A DNA stretch of 64,000 bases. It comes from Eledone cirrhosa (lineage: Eukaryota). Location: NCBI GenBank assembly GCA_964016885.1, contig OZ024742.1, positions 344,596,001-344,660,000 on the forward strand, read 5' to 3'. Position numbers and translations under genes: made by a program. Shown here piece after piece: positions 12,411 through 27,400 of this stretch. Each line of letters starts with the position of its first letter. The first letter of the stretch is position 1. The notes beneath the pieces are model-generated. The model was not told the DNA's origin and ran no database searches. It worked only from the letters and a program-made list of their open reading frames with translations.

Positions 12411-15400
12411 AGAGAACAACTGTAATAGAGAGAGACAGGTCTAGAGACAACAACAGTAATAAGGAGACATGTCTACAGACAACTGTAATAGAGAGACAGG
12501 TCTAGAGACAACAACTGTAATAGAGAGACAGGTCTAGAGACAACTGTAATAGAGAGACAGGTCTAGAGACAACAACTGTAGTAGAGAGACAGGTCTAGAG
12601 ACAACAACTGTAATAGAGAGACAGTTGTAGAGACAACAACTGTAATAGAGAGACAGGTCTAGAGACAACAACTGTAATAGAGAGACAGTTGTAGAGACAA
12701 CAACTGTAATAGAGAGACAGGTCTAGAGACAACAACTGTTATAGAGAGACAGGTCTAGAGACAAATGTAATAGAGAGACAGGTCTAGAGACAACTGTAAT
12801 AGAGAGACAGGTCTAGAGACAACAACTGTAATAGAGAGACAGGTCTAGAGACAACAACTGTAATAGAGAGAAAGGTCTAGAGACAACTGTAATAGAGAGA
12901 CAGGTCTAAAGACAACAACTGTAATAGAGAGACAGGTCTAGAGACAACAACTGTAATAGAGAGAGAGGTCTAGAGACAACAGCTGTAGTAGAGAGACAGG
13001 TCTAGAGACAACTGTAATAGAGAGACAGGTCTAGAGACAACTGTAATAGAGAGACAGGTCTAGAGACCACAACTGTAATAGAGAGACAGGTCTAGAGACA
13101 ACTGTAATAGAGAGACAGGTCTAGAGACAACTGTAATAGAGAGACAGGTCTAGAGACAACAACTGTAATAGAGAGACAGGTCTAGAGACAACAACTGTAA
13201 TAGAGAGAAAGGTCTAGAGACAACTGTAATAGAGAGACAGGTCTAAAGACAACAACTGTAATAGGGAGACAGGTCTACAGACAACAACTGTAATAGAGAG
13301 AGAGGTCTAGAGACAACAGCTGTAGTAGAGAGACAGGTCTAGAGACAACTGTAATAGAGAGACAGGTCTAGAGACAACTGTAATAGAGAGACAGGTGTAT
13401 AGACAACTGTAATAGAGAGACAGGTCTAGAGACCACAACTGTAATAGAGAGACAGGTCTAGAGACAACTGTAATAGAGAGACAGGTCTAGAGACAACTGT
13501 AATAGAGAGACAGGTCTAGAGACAACAACTGTAATAGAGAGACAGGTCTAGAGACAATAACTGTAATAGAGAGACAGGTCTAGAGACAACAACTGTAATA
13601 GGGAGACAGGTTTAGAGACAACTGTAATAGAGAGACAGGTCTAGAGACCACAACTGTAATAGAGAGACAGGTCTAGAGACAACTGTAATAGAGAGACAGG
13701 TCTAGAGACAACTGTAATAGAGAGACAGGTCTAGAGATAACAACTGTAATAGAGAGACAGGTCTAGAGACAACTGTAATAGAGAGACAGGTCTAGAGACA
13801 ACAACTGTAATAGAGAGACAGGTCTAGAGACCACAACTGTAATAGAGAAACAGGTCTAGAGACAACAACTGTAATAGAGAGACAGGTCTAGAGACAACTG
13901 TAATAGAGAGACAGGTCTAGAGACCACAACTGTAATAGAGAGACAGGTCTAGAGACAACAACTGTAATAGAGAGACAGGTCTAGAGACAACTGTAATAGG
14001 GAGACAGGTCTAGAGACCACAACTGTAATAGAGAGACAGGTCTAGAGACAACAACTGTAATAGAGAGACAGGTCTAGAGACAACAACTGTAATAGAGAGA
14101 CAGGTCTAGAGACAACTGTAATAGAGAGACAGGTTTCAGAGACAACTGGAATAGAGAGACAGGTCTAGAGACAACAACTGTAATAGAGAGACAGGTCTAG
14201 AGACAACAACTGTAATAGAGAGACAGGTCTAGAGATAACAACTGTAATAGAGAGACAGGCCTAGAGACAACAACTGTAATAGAGAGACAGGTCTAGAGAC
14301 AACTGTAATAGAGAGACAGGTCTAGAGACAACAACTGTAGTAGTGAGACAGGTCTAAAGCCAACAACTGTAATATAGAGACAGGTCTAGAGACAACAACT
14401 GTAGTAGAGAGACAGGTCTAGAGAAAACAACTGTAATAGAGAGACAGGTGTAGAGACAACTGTAATAGAGAGACAGGTCTAGAGACAACTGTAATAGAGA
14501 GACAGGTCTAGAGACAACAACTGTAGTAGAGTGACATGTCTAGAGAAAACAACTGTAATAGAGAGACAGGTGTAGAGACAACGACTGTAATAGAGAGACA
14601 GGTCTAGAGACAACTGTAATAGAGAGACCGGTCTAGAAACAACAACTGTAGTAGAAAGACAGGTCTAGAGACAACAACTGTAATAGAGAGACAGGTCTAC
14701 AGACAACTGTAATAGAGAGACAGGTCTAGAGACAACAACTGTAGTAGAGAGACAGGTCTAGAGACAACAACTGTAGTAGAGAGACAGGTCTAGAGACAAC
14801 AACTGTAGTAGAGAGACAGGTCTAGAGACAACTGTAATAGAGAGACAGGTCTAGAGACAACTGTAATAGAGAGACAGGTCTAGAGACAACAATTGTAATA
14901 GAGAGACAGGTCTAGAGACAACAACTGTAATAGAGAGACAGGTCTGGAGACAACAACTGTAATAAAGAGACAGGTCTAGAGACAACTGTAATAGAGAGAC
15001 AGGTCTAGAGACAACAACTGTAATAGAGAGACAGGTCTAGAGACAACAACTGTAATAGAGAGACAGGTCTAGAGACAACAACTGTAATAGAGAGACAGGT
15101 TAGAGACAACAACTGTAATAAAGAGACAGGTCTAGAGACAACTGTAATAGAGAGACAGGTCTAGAGACAACTGTAATAGAGAGACAGGTCTAGAGAAAAC
15201 TGTAATAGAGAGACAGGTCTAGAGACAACAACTGTAATAGAGAGACAGGTTAGAGACAACAACTGTAATAAAGAGACAGCTGTAGAGACAACTGTAATAG
15301 AGAGACAGGTCTAGAGACAACTGTAATAGAGAGACAGGTCTAGAGACAACTGTAATAGAGAGACAGGTCTAGAGACAACAACTGTAATAGAGAGACAGGT

Positions 15401-18400
15401 CTAGAGACAACAACTGTAATAGAGAGACAGGTCTAGAGACAACAACTGTAATAGAGAGACAGGTTAGAGACAACAACTGTAATAAAGAGACAGGTCTAGA
15501 GACAACAACTGTAATAGAGAGACAGGTCTAGAGACAACAACTGTAATAGAGAGACAGGTCTAGAGACAACAACTGTAATAGAGAGACATGTCTAGGGACA
15601 ACTGTAATAGAGAGATAGGTCTAGAGACAACTGTAATAGAGAGACAGGTCTAGAGACAACTGTAGTAGAGAGACAGGTCTAGAGACAACAACTGTAATAG
15701 AGAGACAGGTCTAGAGACAACTGTAATAGAGAGACAGGTCCAGAGACAACAACTGTAATAAAGAGACAGGTCTAGAGACAACTGTAATAGAGAGACAGGT
15801 CTTGAGACAACTGTAATAGAGAGACAGTTGTAGAGACAACTGTAATAGAGAGACAGGTCTAGAGACAACTGTAATAGAGAGACAGGTGTAGAGACAACTG
15901 TAATAGAGAGACAGGTCTAGAGACAACTGTAATAGAGAGACAGGTCTAGAGACAACTGTAGTAGAGAGACAGGTCTAGAGACAACAACTGTAATAGAGAG
16001 ACAGGTCTAGAGACAACTGTAATAGAGAGACAGGTCCAGAGACAACAACTGTAATAGAGAGACAGGTCTAGAGACAACAACTGTATTAGAGAGACAGGTC
16101 TAGAGACAACAACTGTAGTAGAGAGACAGGTCTAGTGACAACTGTAATAGAGAGACAGGTGTAGAGACAACTGTAATAGAGAGACAGGTCTAGAGACAAC
16201 TGTAATAGAGAGACGGGTCTAGAGTCAACTGTAATAGAGAGACAGGTCTAGAGACAACTGTAATAGAGAGACAGGTCTATAGACAACTGTAATAGAGAGA
16301 CAGGTCTAGAGACAACTGTAATAGAGAGACCGGTCTAGAGACAACTGTAATAGAGAGACAGGTCTATAGACAACTGTAATAGAGAGACAGGTCTAGAGAC
16401 AACTGTAATAGAGAGACAGGTCTAGAGACAACAACTGTAATAGAGAGACAGGTCTATAGACAACTGTAATAGAGAGACAGGTCTAGAGACAACTGTAATA
16501 GAGAGACAGGTCTAGAGAGAACTGTAATAGAGAGACCGGTCTATAGACAACTGTAATAGAGAGACAGGTCTAGAGACAACTGTAATAGAGAGACAGGTTA
16601 GAGACAACAACTGTAATAAAGAGACAGGTCTAGAGAGAACTGTAATAGAGAGACAGGTCTAGAGACAACAACTGTAATAGAGAGACAGGTCTAGAGACAA
16701 CAACTGTAATAGAGAGACAGGTCTAGAGAAAACTTTAATAGAGAGACAGGTCTACAGACAACTGTAATAGAGAGACAGGTCTAGAGGCAACAACTGTAAT
16801 AGAGAGACAGGTCTATAGACAACTGTAATAGAGAGACAGGTCTAGAGACAACTGTAATAGAGAGACAGGTCTAGAGACAACAACTGTAATAGAGAGACAG
16901 GTTAGAGACAACAACTGTAATAAAGAGACAGGTCTAGAGAGAACTGTAATAGAGAGACAGGTCTAGAGACAACAACTGTAATAGAGAGACAGGTCTAGAG
17001 ACAACAACTGTAATAGACAGACAGGTCTAGGGACAACTGTAATAGAGAGATAGGTCTAGAGACAACTGTAATAGAGAGACAGGTCTAGAGACAACAACTG
17101 TAGTAGAGAGACAGGTCTAGAGACAACAACTGTAATAGTGAGACAGGTCTAGAGACAACTGTAATAGAGAGACAGGTCCAGAGACAACAACTTTAATAGA
17201 GGGACAGGTCTAGAGACAACAACTGTAATAGAGAGACAGGTCTAGAGACAACAACTGTAATAGAGAGACAGGTCTATAGACAACAACTGTATTAGAGAGA
17301 CAGGTCTAGAGACAACAACTGTAGTAGAGAGACAGGTCTAGAGACAACAACTGTATTAGAGACACAGGTCTAGAGACAACAACTGTAGTAGAGAGACAGG
17401 TCTAGAGACAACTGTAATAGAGAGACAGGTGTAGAGACAACTGTAATAGAGAGACAGGTCTAGAGACAACTGTAATAGAGAGACAGGTCTAGAGACAACT
17501 GTAATAGAGAGACAGGTCTAGAGACAACAACTGTAATAGAGAGACAGGTCTAGAGACAACAATTGTAATAGAGAGACAGGTCTAGAGACAACAACTGTAA
17601 TAGAGAGACAGGTCTAGAGACAACAACTGTAATAAAGAGACAGGTCTAGAGACAACTGTAATAGAGAGACAGGTCTAGAGACAACAACTGTAATAGAGAG
17701 ACAGGTCTAGAGACAACAACTGTAATAGAGAGACAGGTCTAGAGACAACAACTGTAATAGAGAGACAGGTTAGAGACAACAACTGTAATAAAGAGACAGG
17801 TCTAGAGACAACTGTAATAGAGAGACAGGTCTAGAGACAACAACTGTAATAGAGAGACAGGTCTAGAGACAACAACTGTAATAGAGAGACAGGTTAGAGA
17901 CAACAACTGTAATAAAGAGACAGCTGTAGAGACAACTGTAATAGAGAGACAGGTCTAGAGACAACTGTAATAGAGAGACAGGTCTAGAGACAACTGTAAT
18001 AGAGAGACAGGTCTAGAGACAACAACTGTAATAGAGAGACAGGTCTAGAGACAACAACTGTAATAGAGTGACAGGTCTAGAGACAACAACTGTAATAGAG
18101 AGACAGGTTAGAGACAACAACTGTAATAAAGAGACAGGTCTAGAGACAACAACTGTAATAGAGAGACAGGTCTAGAGACAACAACTGTAATAGAGAGACA
18201 GGTCTAGAGACAACAACTGTAATAGAGAGACATGTCTAGGGACAACTGTAATAGAGAGATAGGTCTAGAGACAACTGTAATAGAGAGACAGGTCTAGAGA
18301 CAACTGTAGTAGAGAGACAGGTCTAGAGACAACAACTGTAATAGAGAGACAGGTCTAGAGACAACTGTAATAGAGAGACAGGTCCAGAGACAACAACTGT

Positions 18401-21400
18401 AATAAAGAGACAGGTCTAGAGACAACTGTAATAGAGAGACAGGTCTTGAGACAACTGTAATAGAGAGACAGGTGTAGAGACAACTGTAATAGAGAGACAG
18501 GTCTAGAGACAACTGTAATAGAGAGACAGGTCTAGAGACAACTGTAATAGAGAGACAGGTCTAGAGACAACTGTAATAGAGAGACAGGTCTAGAGACAAC
18601 TGTAATAGAGAGACAGGTCTAGAGACAACTGTAGTAGAGAGACAGGTCTAGAGACAACAACTGTAATAGAGAGACAGGTCTAGAGACAACTGTAATAGAG
18701 AGACAGGTCCAGAGACAACAACTGTAATAGAGAGACAGGTCTAGAGACAACAACTGTATTAGAGAGACAGGTCTAGAGACAACAACTGTAGTAGAGAGAC
18801 AAGTCTAGAGACAACTGTAATAGAGAGACAGGTGTAGAGACAACTGTAATAGAGAGACAGGTCTAGAGACAACTGTAATAGAGAGACAGGTCTAGAGACA
18901 ACTGTAATAGAGAGACAGGTCTAGAGACAACAACTGTAATAGAGAGACAGGTCTAGAGACAACCACTGTAATAGAGAGACAGGTCTAGAGACAACAACTG
19001 TAATAGAGAGACAGGTCTAGAGACAACTGTAATAGAGAGACAGGTCTAGAGACAACTGTAATAGAGAGACAGGTCTAGAGACAACTGTAATAGAGGGACA
19101 GGTCTAGAGACAACTGTAATAGAGAGACAGGTCTCGAGACAACTGTAATAGAGAGACAGCTCTAGAGACAACAACTGTAATAGAGAGACAGGTCTAGAGA
19201 CAACAACTGTAATAGAGAGAGAGGTCTAGAGACAACTGTAATAGAGAGACAGGTCTAGAGACAACAACTGTAATAGAGAGACAGGTCTAGAGACAACTGT
19301 AAAAGAGAGACAGGTCTAGAGACACAACTGTAATAGAGAGACAGGTCTAGAGACAACAACTGTAATAGAGAGACAGGTCTAGAGACAACAACTGTAATAG
19401 AGAGACAGGTCTAGAGACAACAACTGTAATAGAGAGACAGGTCTAGAGACAACTGTAATAGAGAGACAGGTCTAGAGACAACAACTGTAATAGAGAGACA
19501 GGTCTAGAGACAACAACTGTAATAGAGAGACAGGCCTAGAGACAACTGTAATAGAGAGACAGGTCTAGAGACAACAACTGTAATAGATAGACAGGTCTAG
19601 AGACAACAACTGTAATAGAGAGACAGGTCTAGAGACAACAACTGTAATAGAGAGACAGGTCTAGCGACAACTGTAATAGAGAGACAGGTCTAGAGACAAC
19701 TGTAATAGAGAGACAGGTCTAGAGACAACTGTAGTAGAGAGACAGGTCTAGAGACAACAACTGTAATATAGAGACAGGTCTAGAGACAACAACTGTTATA
19801 GAGAGACAGGTCTAGAGACAACAACTGTAATAGAGAGACAGGTCTAGAGACAACTGTAATAGAGAGACAGGTCTAGAGACAACTGTAGTAGAGAGACAGG
19901 TCTAGAGACAACTGTAATAGAGAGACAGGTCTAGAGACAACAACTGTAATAGAGAGACAGGTCTAGAGACAACAACTGTAATAGAGAGACAGGTCTAGAG
20001 ACAACTGTAATAGAGAGACAGGTCTAGAGACAACAACTGTAATAGAGAGACAGGTCTAGAGACAACAACTGTAATAGAGAGACAGGCCTAGAGACAACTG
20101 TAATAGAGAGACAGGTCTAGAGACAACTGTAATATAGAGACAGGTCTAGAGACAACAACTGTTATAGAGAGACAGGTCTAAAGACAACAACTTTAATAGA
20201 GAGACAGTTGTAGAGACAACAACTGTAATAGAGAGACAGGTCTAGAGACAACTGTAATAGAGAGACAGGTCTAGTGACAACTGTAATAGAGAGACAGGTC
20301 TAGAGACAACAACTGTAATAGAGAGACAGGTTAGAAACAACAACTGTAATAAAGAGACTAGAGACAACTGTAATAGAGAGACAGGTCTAGAGACAACAAC
20401 TGTAATAGAGAGACAGGTCTAAAGACAACAACTGTAATAGAGAGACAGGTCTAGAGACAACTGTAATAGAGAGACAGGTCTAGAGACCACAACTGTAATA
20501 GAGAGACAGGTCTAGAGACAACAACTGTAATAGAGAGACAGGTCTAGAGACAACAACTGTAATAGAGAGACAGGTCTATAGACAACTGTAATAGAGAGAC
20601 AGGTCTAGAGACAACTGTAATAGAGAGACAGGTCTAGAGACAACTGTAATAGAGAGACAGGTCTAGAGACCACAACTGTAATAGAGAGACAGGTCTAGAG
20701 ACAACAACTGTAATAGAGAAACAGGTCTAGAGACAACAACTGTAATAGAGAGACAGGTCTAGAGACAACAACTGTAATAGAGAGACAGGTCTAAAGACAA
20801 CAACTGTAATAGAGAGACAGGTCTAGAGACAACTGTAATAGAGAGACAGGTCTATAGACAACTGTAATAGAGAGACAGGTCTAGAGACAACTGTAATAGA
20901 GAGACAGATCTAGAGACAACTGTAATATAGAGACAGGTCTAGAGACAACTGTAATAGAGAGACCGGTCTAGAGACAACTGTAATAGAGAGACAGGTCTAT
21001 AGACAACTGTAATAGAGAGACAGGTCTAGAGACAACTGTAATAGAGAGACAGGTCTAGAGACAACAACTGTAATAGAGAGACAGGTCTATAGACAACTGT
21101 AATAGAGAGACAGGTCTAGAGACAACTGTAATAGAAAGACAGGTCTAGAGAGAACTGTAATAGAGAGACCGGTCTATAGACAACTGTAATAGAGAGACAG
21201 GTCTAGAGACAACTGTAATAGAGAGACAGGTTAGAGACAACAACTGTAATAAAGAGACAGGTCTAGAGAGAACTGTAATAGAGAGACAGGTCTAGAGACA
21301 ACAACTGTAACAGAGAGACAGGTCTAGAGACAACAACTGTAATAGAGAGACAGGTCTAGAGAAAACTTTAATAGAGAGACAGGTCTACAGACAACTGTAA

Positions 21401-24400
21401 TAGAGAGACAGGTCTAGAGACAACAACTGTAATAGAGAAACAGGTCTAGAGGCAACAACTGTAATAGAGAGACAGGTCTATAGACAACTGTAATAGAGAG
21501 ACAGGTCTAGAGACAACTGTAATAGAGAGACAGGTCTAGAGACAACAACTGTAATAGAGAGACAGGTTAGAGACAACAACTGTAATAAAGAGACAGGTCT
21601 AGAGAGAACTGTAATAGAGAGACAGGTCTAGAGACAACAACTGTAATAGAGAGACAGGTCTAGAGACAACAACTGAAATAGACAGACAGGTCTAGGGACA
21701 ACTGTAATAGAGAGATAGGTCTAGAGACAACTGTAATAGAGAGACAGGTCTAGAGACAACAACTGTAGTAGAGAGACAGGTCTAGAGACAACTGTAATAG
21801 AGAGACAGGTCTAGAGACAACAACTGTAATAGTGAGACAGGTCTAGAGACAACTGTAATAGAGAGACAGGTCCAGAGACAACAACTTTAATAGAGGGACA
21901 GGTCTAGAGACAACAACTGTAATAGAGAGACAGGTCTAGAGACAACAACTGTAATAGAGAGACAGGTCTATAGACAACAACTGTATTAGAGAGACAGGTC
22001 TAGAGACAACAACTGTAGTAGAGAGACAGGTCTAGAGACAACAACTGTATTAGAGAGACAGGTCTAGAGACAACAACTGTAGTAGAGAGACAGGTCTAGA
22101 GACAACTGTAATAGAGAGACAGGTCTAGAGACAACTGTAATAGAGAGACAGGTCTAGAGACAACTGTAATAGAGAGACAGGTCTAGAGACAACAACTGTA
22201 ATAGAGAGACAGGTCTAGAGACAACAATTGTAATAGAGAGACAGGTCTAGAGACAACAACTGTAATAGAGAGACAGGTCTAGAGACAACAACTGTAATAA
22301 AGAGACAGGTCTAGAGACAACTGTAATAGAGAGACAGGTCTAGAGACAACAACTGTAATAGAGAGACAGGTCTAGAGACAACAACTGTAATAGAGAGACA
22401 GGTTAGAGACAACAACTGTAATAAAGAGACAGGTCTAGAGACAACTGTAATAGAGAGACAGGTCTAGAGACAACTGTAATAGAGAGACAGGTCTAGAGAC
22501 AACTGTAATAGAGAGACAGGTCTAGAGACAACAACTGTAATAGAGAGACAGGTCTAGAGACAACAACTGTAATAGAGAGACAGGTTAGAGACAACAACTG
22601 TAATAAAGAGACAGCTGTAGAGACAACTGTAATAGAGAGACAGGTCTAGAGACAACTGTAATAGAGAGACAGGTCTAGAGACAACTGTAATAGAGAGACA
22701 GGTCTAGAGACAACAACTGTAATAGAGAGACAGGTCTAGAGACAACTGTAATAGAGAGACAGGTCCAGAGACAACAACTGTAATAGAGAGACAGGTCTAG
22801 AGACAACAACTGTAATAGAGAGACAGGTCTAGAGACAACAACTGTAGTAGAGAGACAGGTCTAGAGACAACTGTAATAGAGAGACAGGTGTAGAGACAAC
22901 TGTAATAGAGAGACAGGTCTAGAGACAACTGTAATAGAGAGACAGGTCTAGAGACAACTGTAATAGAGAGACAGGTCTAGAGACAACTGTAATAGAGAGA
23001 CAGGTCTATAGACAACTGTAATAGAGAGACAGGTCTAGAGACAACTGTAATAGAGAGACCGGTCTAGAGACAACTGTAATAGAGAGACAGGTCTATAGAC
23101 AACTGTAATAGAGAGACAGGTCTAGAGACAACTGTAATAGAGAGACAGGTCTAGAGACAACAACTGTAATAGAGAGACAGGTCTATAGACAACTGTAATA
23201 GAGAGACAGGTCTAGAGACAACTGTAATAGAGAGACAGGTCTAGAGAGAACTGTAATAGAGTGACCGGTCTATAGACAACTGTAATAGAGAGACAGGTCT
23301 AGAGACAACTGTAATAGAGAGACAGGTTAGAGACAACAACTGTAATAAAGAGACAGGTCTAGAGAGAACTGTAATAGAGAGACAGGTCTAGAGACAACAA
23401 CTGTAATAGAGAGACAGGTCTAGAGACAACAACTGTAATAGAGAGACAGGTCTAGAGAAAACTTTAATAGAGAGACAGGTCTACAGACAACTGTAATAGA
23501 GAGACAGGTCTAGAGACAACAACTGTAATAGAGAAACAGGTCTAGAGGCAACAACTGTAATAGAGAGACAGGTCTATAGACAACTGTAATAGAGAGACAG
23601 GTCTAGAGACAACTGTAATAGAGAGACAGGTCTAGAGACAACAACTGTAATAGAGAGACAGGTTAGAGACAACAACTGTAATAAAGAGACAGGTCTAGAG
23701 AGAACTGTAATAGAGAGACAGGTCTAGAGACAACAACTGTAATAGAGAGACAGGTCTAGAGACAACAACTGTAATAGACAGACAGGTCTAGGGACAACTG
23801 TAATAGAGAGATAGGTCTAGAGACAACTGTAATAGAGAGACAGGTCTAGACACAACAACTGTAGTAGAGAGACAGGTCTAGAGACAACAACTGTAATAGT
23901 GAGACAGGTCTAGAGACAACTGTAATAGAGAGACAGGTCCAGAGACAACAACTTTAATAGAGGGACAGGTCTAGAGACAACAACTGTAATAGAGAGACAG
24001 GTCTAGAGACAACAACTGTAATAGAGAGACAGGTCTATAGACAACAACTGTATTAGAGAGACAGGTCTAGAGACAACAACTGTAGTAGAGAGACAGGTCT
24101 AGAGACAACAACTGTATTAGAGAGACAGGTCTAGAGACAACAACTGTAGTAGAGAGACAGGTCTAGAGACAACTGTAATAGAGAGACAGGTGTAGAGACA
24201 ACTGTAATAGAGAGACAGGTCTAGAGACAACTGTAATAGAGAGACAGGTCTAGAGACAACAACTGTAATAGAGAGACAGGTCTAGAGACAACAATTGTAA
24301 TAGAGAGACAGGTCTAGAGACAACAACTGTAATAGAGAGACAGGTCTAGCGACAACAACTGTAATAAAGAGACAGGTCTAGAGACAACTGTAATAGAGAG

Positions 24401-27400
24401 ACAGGTCTAGAGACAACAACTGTAATAGAGAGACAGGTCTAGAGACAACAACTGTAATAGAGAGACAGGTCTAGAGACAACAACTGTAATAGAGAGACAG
24501 GTTAGAGACAACAACTGTAATAAAGAGACAGGTCTAGAGACAACTGTAATAGAGAGACAGGTCTAGAGACAACTGTAATAGAGAGACAGGTCTAGAGACA
24601 ACTGTAATAGAGAGACAGGTCTAGAGACAACAACTGTAATAGAGAGACAGGTCTAGAGACAACAACTGTAATAGAGAGACAGGTTAGAGACAACAACTGT
24701 AATAAAGAGACAGCTGTAGAGACAACTGTAATAGAGAGACAGGTCTAGAGACAACTGTAATAGAGAGACAGGTCTAGAGACAACTGTAATAGAGAGACAG
24801 GTCTAGAGACAACAACTGTAATAGAGAGACAGATCTAGAGACAACAACTGTAATAGAGAGACAGGTCTAGAGACAACAACTGTAATAGAGAGACAGGTTA
24901 GAGACAACAACTGTAATAAAGAGACAGGTCTAGAGACAACAACTGTAATAGAGAGACAGGTCTAGAGACAACAACTGTAATAGAGAGACAGGTCTAGAGA
25001 CAACAACTGTAATAGAGAGACATGTCTAGGGACAACTGTAATAGAGAGATAGGTCTAGAGACAACTGTAATAGAGAGACAGGTCTAGAGACAACTGTAGT
25101 AGAGAGACAGGTCTAGAGACAACAACTGTAATAGAGAGACAGGTCTAGAGACAACTGTAATAGAGAGACAGGTCCAGAGACAACAACTGTAATAGAGAGA
25201 CAGGTCTAGAGACAACAACTGTATTAGAGAGACAGGTCTAGAGACAACAACTGTAGTAGAGAGACAGGTCTAGAGACAACTGTAATAGAGAGACAGGTGT
25301 AGAGACAACTGTAATAGAGAGACAGGTCTAGAGACAACTGTAATAGAGAGACAGGTCTAGAGACAACTGTAATAGAGAGACAGGTCTAGAGACAACTGTA
25401 ATAGAGAGACAGGTCTAGAGACAACAACTGTAATAGAGAGACAGGTCTAGAGACAACAACTGTAACAGAGAGACAGGTCTAGAGACAACAACTGTAATAG
25501 AGAGACAGGTCTAGAGACAACAACTGTAATAGAGAGACAGGTTAGAGACAACAACTGTAATAAAGAGACAGGTCTAGAGACAACTGTAATAGAGAGACAG
25601 GTCTAGAGACAACTGTAATAGAGAGACAGGTCTAGAGACAACTGTAATAGAGAGACAGGTCTAGAGACAACAACTGTAATAGAGAGACAGGTCTAGAGAC
25701 AACAACTGTAATAGAGAGACAGGTTAGAGACAACAACTGTAATAAAGAGACAGCTGTAGAGACAACTGTAATAGAGAGACAGGTCTAGAGACAACTGTAA
25801 TAGAGAGACAGGTCTAGAGACAACTGTAATAGAGAGACAGGTGTAGAGACAACTGTAATAGAGAGACAGGTCTAGAGACAACTGTAATAGAGAGACAGGT
25901 CTAGAGACAACTGTAATAGAGAGACAGGTCTAGAGACAACTGTAGTAGAGAGACAGGTCTAGAGACAACAACTGTAATAGAGAGACAGGTCTAGAGACAA
26001 CTGTAATAGAGAGACAGGTCCAGAGACAATAACTGTAATAGAGAGACAGGTCTAGAGACAACAACTGTATTAGAGAGACAGGTCTAGAGACAACAACTGT
26101 AGTAGAGAGACAGGTCTAGAGACAACTGTAATAGAGAGACAGGTGTAGAGACAACTGTAATAGAGAGACAGGTCTAGAGACAACTGTAATAGAGAGACAG
26201 GTCTAGAGACAACTGTAATAGAGAGACAGGTCTAGAGACAACTGTAATAGAGAGACAGGTCTAGAGACAACAACTGTAATAGAGAGACAGGTCTAGAGAC
26301 AACAACTGTAATAGAGAGACAGGTCTAGAGACAACAACTGTAATAGAGAGACAGGTCTAGAGACAACTGTAATAGAGAGACAGGTCTAGAGACAACTGTA
26401 ATAGAGAGACAGGTCTAGAGACAACTGTAATAGAGGGACAGGTCTAGAGACAACTGTAATAGAGAGACAGGTCTAGAGACAACTGTAATAGAGAGACAGG
26501 TCTAGAGACAACAACTGTAATAGAGAGACAGGTCTAGAGACAACAACTGTAATAGAGAGACAGGTCTAGAGACAACTGTAATAGAGAGACAGGTCTAGAG
26601 ACAACAACTGTAATAGAGAGACAGGTCTAGAGACAACTGTAATAGAGAGACAGGTCTAGAGACAACTGTAATAGAGAGACAGGTCTAGAGACAACAACTG
26701 TAATAGAGAGACAGGTCTAGAGACAACAATTGTAATAGAGAGACAGGTCTAGAGACAACAACTGTAATAGAGAGACAGGTCTAGAGACAACAACTGTAAT
26801 AGAGAGACAGGTCTAGAGACAACTGTAATAGAGAGACAGGTCTAGAGACAACTGTAATAGAGAGACAGGTCTAGAGACAACAACTGTAATAGAGAGACAG
26901 GTCTAGAGACAACTGTAAAAGAGAGACAGGTCTAGAGACACAACTGTAATAGAGAGACAGGTCTAGAGACAACAACTGTAATAGAGAGACAGGTCTAGAG
27001 ACAACAACTGTAATAGAGAGACAGGTCTAGAGACAACAACTGTAATAGAGAGACAGGTCTAGAGACAACTGTAATAGAGAGACAGGTCTAGAGACAACAA
27101 CTGTAATAGAGAGACAGGTCTAGAGACAACAACTGTAATAGAGAGACAGGCCTAGAGACAACTGTAATAGAGAGACAGGTCTAGAGACAACAACTGTAAT
27201 AGAGAGACAGGTCTAGAGACAACAACTGTAATAGAGAGACAGGTCTAGAGACAACAACTGTAATAGAGAGACAGGTCTAGCGACAACTGTAATAGAGAGA
27301 CAGGTCTAGAGACAACTGTAATAGAGAGACAGGTCTAGAGACAACTGTAGTAGAGAGACAGGTCTAGAGACAACAACTGTAATATAGAGACAGGTCTAGA

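Noticed and set aside
15650-25881. Cys/Leu-rich ORFs (SLDLSLYYSC...) on the minus strand
   Set aside because: Chance translation of the satellite; monomer lengths are not multiples of three.
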